DNA of 32,000 nucleotides. Source: Pseudomonadota bacterium. Its GTDB lineage: Bacteria > Pseudomonadota > Gammaproteobacteria > Methylococcales > Methylomonadaceae. The stretch's first letter is position 1; each line of letters starts with the position of its first letter. The translations under genes were made by a program, and so were the position numbers. Below, piece after piece: positions 27,400 to 32,000 of the stretch. The DNA lies in contig JBDLTP010000056.1 of assembly GCA_039805765.1 (NCBI GenBank), positions 10,393 to 42,392 on the forward strand, written 5' to 3'. Below the pieces are notes generated by a model that was not told the DNA's origin, did not search any database, and saw only the letters and a program-made list of their open reading frames with translations.

Positions 27400-28343
27400 G
27401 ACCAATCACCGCGTAAAGACTGTGCTTTGACTTGATCAAACATAAAATCGAGCGCTTTATGCTCTGTGAATTTTTGAAGTATTTGTTGCCTGAACTCACT
27501 CTCGGTCATTTTTTCTTTAGCGCAAATAAACGCCCAAGGCAAAACAATGGCATCTTTAATAAGATCGGCGACATCAAACACTAAGGCGCCGCGTCGCGTT
27601 TTACCGTGCATGACAGCAAAACCGTGTGGAATACCTAAAACCCAAAGTGTGGTAGCCGCAAGGCCGTAGGCGAGATAGTTACCGTGATTTAAAAAACCAT
27701 TAGCGATATCGGTTGATTGATGATCGCGCGTGAAATCAGTTTGTTGAGTTAATTTTGCCGCGTAGCGATAAAGTTGCTTTGTCATTAAGGCTTCACGTTG
27801 CAGTAAATCACCGGACTTTTCAGCACTGTCGATACCGCGACTATAATTGCTCAACGCACTTGCAATGTGCGCATCATCAATGAAAAAGTTTTCCGCTTTT
27901 AAATCACGATCTTTATTCCATGTTTTTTGGATAAATTCGAGGCGAGCGTGTTGAAAGGCTTTGGCAACCGCAAGACGTTTGCTGTCGTCAAACCAAAAAT
28001 TCAGCCAGCCTTGAACGTACTCGGTTGGGCGATACTCATTTTGAGGATTGAGCCATTCAATTTCGCTACCCGAAAACAACGGCGTGCCACCGCCGCCGCA
28101 AAATCCAACTAATACGCCAGCACTTGCCAGCATCCGCATGGCGGCTTGCGTAATAGATGTGCCTGTGCCGAGTAAAATTACTGTGGTATTGGCTATTGGA
28201 ATATTCCAATAATAATTTTGGTCTTTGGCTTCGGTTAAGTAGAGAACGCGTCCGTCTTTTTGCATGACTCGGCATTTTTCTAAATAGAAAATATTGGCGC
28301 GTTTAGAGTGAAGAATGGCCTTTAAATCGGTCAGTTGTTCCAT
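27396..28343 (-). CDS. cas1: CRISPR integrase Cas1 (type I-F)
   Basis: LKAILHSKRANIFYLEKCRV, YWNIPIANTTVILLGTGTSITQAAMR, GVLVGFCGGGGTPLF, FLNHGNYLAYGLAATTLWVLGIPHGFAVMHGKTRRGALVFDVADLIKD are near-identical in pattern to I-F Cas1. Confidence 0.96.
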   Translation of the reverse strand: MEQLTDLKAILHSKRANIFYLEKCRVMQKDGRVLYLTEAKDQNYYWNIPIANTTVILLGTGTSITQAAMRMLASAGVLVGFCGGGGTPLFSGSEIEWLNPQNEYRPTEYVQGWLNFWFDDSKRLAVAKAFQHARLEFIQKTWNKDRDLKAENFFIDDAHIASALSNYSRGIDSAEKSGDLLQREALMTKQLYRYAAKLTQQTDFTRDHQSTDIANGFLNHGNYLAYGLAATTLWVLGIPHGFAVMHGKTRRGALVFDVADLIKDAIVLPWAFICAKEKMTESEFRQQILQKFTEHKALDFMFDQVKAQSLRGDWS

Positions 28344-28346
28344 TGT

Positions 28347-28387
28347 TGTGACACTTTTAGATTTTACTTATTTCTAATTGTGTCACA
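28347..28387 (-). promoter_or_regulatory. Inverted repeat abutting the cas1 start codon
   Basis: TGTGACAC (28347-28354) and GTGTCACA (28380-28387) are separated by 25 AT-rich nt. The proximal arm ends 3 nt from the cas1 ATG (28343) and covers the position where a ribosome-binding site would be expected. Confidence 0.35.
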
Positions 28388-28566
28388 GTTTTTGGGGAAA
28401 TGGCGAAATATATAATGAGGTTATGCAAAATTAGAAAAAGACACTGCTATTCAGATAAATCATAGCCCTATTTTGGGATAATATTTTGTGCAGTAGGAAA
28501 TTTTAGATCATTGATTAACGCTTATGCTACAGGATTTTCTGTTCCCATTTTAAGTAGAACCACACT

Positions 28567-28689
28567 TTATTTGACGAGATGGTGTTGATTAGTGGGAATA
28601 ATCATCCCTGAGCCACTACTGATTTTTCCATTTTCAATGATTTGTGACAACGCCACAAATCCTAATTCCACATTACCACTGCTAATGAG
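28567..28689 (-). pseudogene. Possible remnant of the 3' end of a periplasmic solute-binding (ModA-like) gene
   Basis: A 40-codon open frame with no start codon, bounded by TAA on both sides, translates to LISSGNVELGFVALSQIIENGKISSGSGMIIPTNQHHLVK*. The motif G-x-x-(D/E)-L-G-F-V-A-L-S-Q resembles, from memory, the C-terminal region of molybdate/anion-binding PBP proteins. Not verified by any search. Confidence 0.25.
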
Positions 28690-28741
28690 TTATAGGTTTT
28701 GTGAAATTAGATAAGGTGAAGCTGCATAAACGTGCAAATTC

Positions 28742-28784
28742 AGCTATCTTAATATGAAACTATGCCGTTTCATATTAAGCAGCT
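28742..28784. repeat. Perfect 13-bp-stem hairpin in the intergenic region (possible insulator/terminator between the propeller gene and the cas operon)
   Basis: Arms CTTAATATGAAAC (28748-28760) and GTTTCATATTAAG (28767-28779) with a 6-nt loop. The stem extends by AGCT/AGCT (28742-28745 / 28781-28784) across a small internal loop. No canonical U-tract on either strand. Confidence 0.4.
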
Positions 28785-28947
28785 ATCATCATGTGGATAT
28801 TCGATGTGGAGGATGACAATAAGACGATGACAAGTGCATCTGGCGTGTCAACAGCCTAATTTGGCGACGACTAAAACCAAACTTAAAGAACGACAAAGCC
28901 TTTGCTTATTTAAATTCTAAAACGCTAAGTTTTGAGCATGCTCTCAA

Positions 28948-30111
28948 TTAATGTACATCATCCGTGTGCCACTGGGGCAACATCAATATGCAATTTGGTT
29001 TTAATCCTAAATCTTTTAAGGTATCAATACTGCGCACTTTTTCCATTTTGTGTAAATCGATAACACTAATGGATCCATCATCCATATTCGGCAGATTTAA
29101 GAAACTATTTTGCACAAAGGCATACTTTTCATCAGGTGAGAACACGACGTGATGTGCTCCACCTGCCGTGGGTATAGATTTCAAAAACTTGGGTGCGCTC
29201 GTTGATTCACTAATATCAAAGATATTTAACGCGCCCGGATTTGCCGTAGTGATGAATAATTTATCATGTTCTTGATTAAAATATATTTCAAGTGGTACGC
29301 CTTGTTTAATACTTAAAAAATCAAACACAGGGGTAAATTCGAAATGATGCTGGGTACTGTGCCATGTTGCTGTCCAAAGTTTCCCCTCAAACATGGTATT
29401 GACATAAGCCAGTGGTGGCGAAGAATGTGGCATAAAGACCGCTTCTACAGGAGCTGAGCCGGATGGCGTGGGCTTGTCAGAGAGTTTATGTGTTGAGAGT
29501 ACATTGCCCGTTATCGAATCAATGACGGTGACGGTTTCACCCGCATCGCCTAAGTCGGCGGCGCGCACCGTACTTGTTACGATGATACGATTGATGTCTT
29601 CATTTAATCCAAGTCCATGTGGGTAGCGAATGAATTTTTCTTTTTCGTTTGCGGATATGACTTGTTTGACGCTGTCGGTGTGCGCATCGCCAACAATCAC
29701 ATTACTTGACCCCATACAGGTCAAATACCACGTTTTTTTATCTGCTGTGAAGGCCATGTCCTCAGCAACTTCACATTGAGGAACATTGAGCGTTTGAATT
29801 TCATAAGGCAATTTTTTCATATCAATCACGCGCAGCGGTCCTTTGCCTAGCGCGGTGATATACGCTTTGCTGATATCTTTATTATAAAAAATATGATGCG
29901 CCACCGCGTCGGGTGGTAACGGTAAATCTTGAACGATTTTTCCAAATTGGGATGAAGTAGGATCCACATCAATAATAGCAATGCCTTCTTTTCTGGGAAG
30001 TTGTCCTGGTTTGCTTTCATAATTCATCATAGAAAGCATTTCAGCATGGCTAATAGCAGGTAATAGGAGTAATGCACTCAATAAGGTGCAAGAGATCGTG
30101 TTTTTAATCAT
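28948..30111 (-). CDS. Secreted beta-propeller repeat protein (YVTN/cytochrome-d1-like fold), function unknown
   Basis: Sec signal peptide MIKNTISCTLLSALLLLPAISHA. Repeated propeller-like blades follow (...GGAHHVVFSPDEKYAFVQNS...GSISVIDLHKMEKV...). I place the start at the ATG at 30111, because the ORF-track extension (30112-30153) runs through the upstream gene's terminator hairpin. Confidence 0.6.
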   Translation of the reverse strand: MIKNTISCTLLSALLLLPAISHAEMLSMMNYESKPGQLPRKEGIAIIDVDPTSSQFGKIVQDLPLPPDAVAHHIFYNKDISKAYITALGKGPLRVIDMKKLPYEIQTLNVPQCEVAEDMAFTADKKTWYLTCMGSSNVIVGDAHTDSVKQVISANEKEKFIRYPHGLGLNEDINRIIVTSTVRAADLGDAGETVTVIDSITGNVLSTHKLSDKPTPSGSAPVEAVFMPHSSPPLAYVNTMFEGKLWTATWHSTQHHFEFTPVFDFLSIKQGVPLEIYFNQEHDKLFITTANPGALNIFDISESTSAPKFLKSIPTAGGAHHVVFSPDEKYAFVQNSFLNLPNMDDGSISVIDLHKMEKVRSIDTLKDLGLKPNCILMLPQWHTDDVH

Positions 30112-30128
30112 TTTTTTGCTCACGAAAA

Positions 30129-30163
30129 AAAATCGCATTTGTTTTTTTAGCAAATGCGATTTT
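30129..30163 (-). terminator. Rho-independent terminator of the DUF4242 gene
   Basis: 13-bp perfect arms AAAATCGCATTTG (30129-30141) and CAAATGCGATTTT (30151-30163) with a 9-nt loop. On the minus strand the stem runs into a run of eight T (complement of A 30125-30132). It lies 8 nt past the stop at 30171. Confidence 0.8.
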
Positions 30164-30170
30164 TAGATAA

Positions 30171-30446
30171 TTAACCCTCAGCAGTGCTTGGGTCGATAAT
30201 ACTGCTAATTTTAGCGATGTTTGTAATGGGGAAACCGCCTTTCTCGCCATGTTCTCTAAGTGCATCTTCGTTATCTGCAATCAAAATGCAATACACTTTG
30301 TGGTCTGTTACAAAACTCTCCAACCAATGTACGTTTGCATTCATATTGCATGACACGCCACAAGAAGTTTGTGCAATTCCTTGTAATTGTTCAGCCGTTA
30401 AATCTCCGGCGTTTGGAATGTCGCGTTCTACGATGTATTTAGGCAT
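30171..30446 (-). CDS. DUF4242-family small protein
   Basis: MPKYIVERDIPNAGDLTAEQLQGIAQTSCGV...VHWLESFVTDHKVYCILIADNEDALREHGEKGGFP matches my recollection of the DUF4242 consensus (MPKY.IER..PGAG.L....L..I...S..V). Confidence 0.6.
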   Translation of the reverse strand: MPKYIVERDIPNAGDLTAEQLQGIAQTSCGVSCNMNANVHWLESFVTDHKVYCILIADNEDALREHGEKGGFPITNIAKISSIIDPSTAEG

Positions 30447-30525
30447 TTTCTTTTCCTCAATTTATGATTAAAAATGTGAATGTGAAACTGGCATAGCTTG
30501 TTAAAGCGTAATACGTCATAGCGCA

Positions 30526-31113
30526 TTACGCTTTAAAAAAATCTCCCAATAATTGCGCATAACATTGCTTTAGCGGCTCGGTAGATTGCTCTATTTTCAT
30601 ACGCAAAAGAGCGCCTTGCCATGCGTTTACCCATAAATCTGCCATTTCATTAGCGGATTTATCTGTGCGAATTCGCTTTTCAGTTTGACCACGGCGAAGT
30701 CCCTCTTCCCATACATTGCGATAATCATTCAGTGCATTTTGCAATGCCATGCGACATAAATCGCTGGTGTCACCTAATTCGCCCATTAAATTACCTAGTA
30801 AACAGCCGCCTGTAAATTCAGTGCGCTCGAGTTCAATAATATTTTCCTCAATGTAGCGCGTTAACGCTGCGACAGCATCACCGTTGGATTCCTCTAAATA
30901 GCGGTTTAACTGATTGAGATAGGGGGTAATATAGTGAACAATGACTTCAGCAGCAAAATTCTCTTTACTCCCAAAGTAATTATAAAATGAACCTTTAGGA
31001 ATATTAACGGCCTCTAGAATTTCTTTGAGGCCCGTACCGTGATATCCCTGCCGCATTAATAATGCAACCCCTTCATCAAGTAAATTATGTTTGTTAATTT
31101 GTTTTTGTTTCAT
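30526..31113 (-). CDS. TetR/AcrR-family transcriptional regulator
   Basis: N-terminal HTH (GYHGTGLKEILEAVNIPKGSFYNYFGSKENF) is typical of TetR_N, and the C-terminal ligand domain is helical. Confidence 0.85.
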   Translation of the reverse strand: MKQKQINKHNLLDEGVALLMRQGYHGTGLKEILEAVNIPKGSFYNYFGSKENFAAEVIVHYITPYLNQLNRYLEESNGDAVAALTRYIEENIIELERTEFTGGCLLGNLMGELGDTSDLCRMALQNALNDYRNVWEEGLRRGQTEKRIRTDKSANEMADLWVNAWQGALLRMKIEQSTEPLKQCYAQLLGDFFKA

Positions 31114-31125
31114 TGGGTAGATAAT

Positions 31126-31137
31126 ACGACCGGTTGT
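31126..31137. promoter_or_regulatory. Near-palindrome upstream of the TetR gene (candidate autoregulatory operator)
   Basis: ACGACCGGTTGT is centred on CCGG and lies 13 nt upstream of the TetR ATG (31113). The wider 18-nt window AATACGACCGGTTGTCTT is self-complementary at 14 of 18 positions. Confidence 0.25.
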
Positions 31138-31201
31138 CTTATTTTGTCAAATACAATCAACTTACTGCCGCTATTTACCTAGCAAGTTGATTGTTAAGTC
31201 A

Positions 31202-32000
31202 CTACAAATTTAGCGGATTATTTGGATCAATACCCTCCATAAAAGGCAGTCGACGATCTTGATGGGTAATTTGATAAATTTTACCCAACCAGTTATTAAA
31301 GACACTTTTTGCCGTATCACGCCAGGTATTATCAATATAATTCAGTATCAATTCTTCAGGAAATTTGGGGAAGTCCTGTTGATTTTCTTTCGCAAAACGG
31401 ACGTCTATTTCAAACGTTGCCAAAATAGATTTCACGTAATCATTAAAATAATTTTCAGGATGCGGCGGGTATGTCGGCGTTTCATGGCTGTAAAAACGTC
31501 GAACTTCGCGTTTATATTCTTTGAGCAAACTTATATCATCGTATTCAGGGTGACCTTGAAAGAAGATAATACGAAAACCATCTGGGCTCACAGCTAAATG
31601 AACTCCCCCTTCTTCACTCGTGGAAAGCACACGCAAACCATTTTTTTCCATATCGTCTTGAAAAATCGCATTAAAACGCGAATGCGGTACGTCAAAGCGC
31701 GTATTCATTTCAACCACTAATGGGTGTTTTTTATCCACTAACGTATGCGAAAAAACGCCCCACCGTTTGCTGGGTAAACGTGTTCGCGCAATCCCGTAGT
31801 AATACTCAATGACAGCGTGCGTGGCAAGGCAGGAACATAAAATTGAGGTGACATTTTCTTTTGCCCACGAAAACACTTCTGTTAAAGGCTCCCAAAAATC
31901 TTCAGCCGGCAAAAATGAGCCTGTGACATTTGCGCCACTAATAATAAGTCCATCTAAACCGTCTTCTTTGATTTTTTCAAACGATTCATAATATTTATCA
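31202..32000 (-). CDS. metA: Homoserine O-acyltransferase (MetA family), 5' end outside the window
   Basis: The frame stays open to the right edge; the TTG at 31912 is only the ORF-caller's start. ...EDGLDGLIISGANVTGS...WAKENVTSILCSCLATHA...VPHSRFN...FFQGHPEYD... is colinear with MetA (GLIVTGAP, STLFVCWA, APHSRY, TGHPEYD). Confidence 0.85.
   Translation of the reverse strand, partial: DKYYESFEKIKEDGLDGLIISGANVTGSFLPAEDFWEPLTEVFSWAKENVTSILCSCLATHAVIEYYYGIARTRLPSKRWGVFSHTLVDKKHPLVVEMNTRFDVPHSRFNAIFQDDMEKNGLRVLSTSEEGGVHLAVSPDGFRIIFFQGHPEYDDISLLKEYKREVRRFYSHETPTYPPHPENYFNDYVKSILATFEIDVRFAKENQQDFPKFPEELILNYIDNTWRDTAKSVFNNWLGKIYQITHQDRRLPFMEGIDPNNPLNL

Noticed and set aside
28347-28387. Reading the TGTGA...TCACA arms upstream of cas1 as a CRP-binding site (CRP controls I-F cas expression in some enterobacteria)
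   Set aside because: The half-sites are 31 nt apart rather than the canonical 6 nt, and neither arm has a proper partner at N6 spacing. It is kept only as a generic inverted repeat.
28714-28745. A possible decayed second CRISPR array upstream of cas1 (I-F loci often have two arrays); AAGCTGC at 28719-28725 matches part of the repeat
   Set aside because: Only a 7-nt match, with no hairpin core and no periodic recurrence anywhere in 28344-28947.
30112-30153. N-terminal extensions proposed by the ORF track (the propeller protein here; also pntB 3801-3830, cas6f 20741-20779, csy3 21765-21779, csy1 24069-24101, cas2-3 27400-27405)
   Set aside because: The extensions overlap the upstream gene or a terminator hairpin and often use TTG. 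Internal ATGs have better RBS context (GGAG, GAGGA, GGAAGGA) and give family-typical N-termini or a proper signal peptide.
31153-31194. An 11-bp inverted repeat (ACAATCAACTT / AAGTTGATTGT, 20-nt loop) just after the metA stop, as a possible terminator
   Set aside because: The loop is large and no U-tract follows on the minus strand. It could equally be an operator for the downstream TetR promoter, so there is not enough evidence to assign it.

Overview
Chromosomal segment from a low-GC (by eye about 40%) Gram-negative bacterium, probably a gammaproteobacterium; a Legionellales-like origin is only a guess. Most genes are on the minus strand. The main accessory feature is a complete, apparently intact type I-F1 CRISPR-Cas locus on the minus strand: cas1, cas2-3, csy1/cas8f, csy2/cas5f, csy3/cas7f, cas6f, a 131-bp AT-rich leader, and an array of 30 repeats (28 bp) with 29 spacers (all 32 bp) at 18197-19964. 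It lies between a housekeeping tag gene and a secreted beta-propeller gene. No integrase or transposase is visible. The flanks encode selO (partial), a membrane-anchored MutS-domain-V ATPase, pntAB, an OMF-MFP-RND efflux operon, a GT4 glycosyltransferase, a PfkB kinase, a GGCT-like protein, a TetR/DUF4242 pair and metA (partial). The least-described element is a putative sensory module. It comprises a receiver-like/BLUF/PAS/histidine-kinase protein, an RsbQ/KAI2-type alpha/beta hydrolase directly downstream, and a small membrane ORF directly upstream. Other points of interest are one spacer that is a perfect 16-bp tandem duplication, trailer-end repeat variants that support minus-strand transcription, and a 600-bp non-coding stretch upstream of cas1. 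That stretch holds an inverted repeat abutting the cas1 start codon, a possible gene remnant and a 13-bp perfect hairpin. No tRNA, rRNA or IS element was recognised. All product calls rest on motif recognition by eye; no database search was run.
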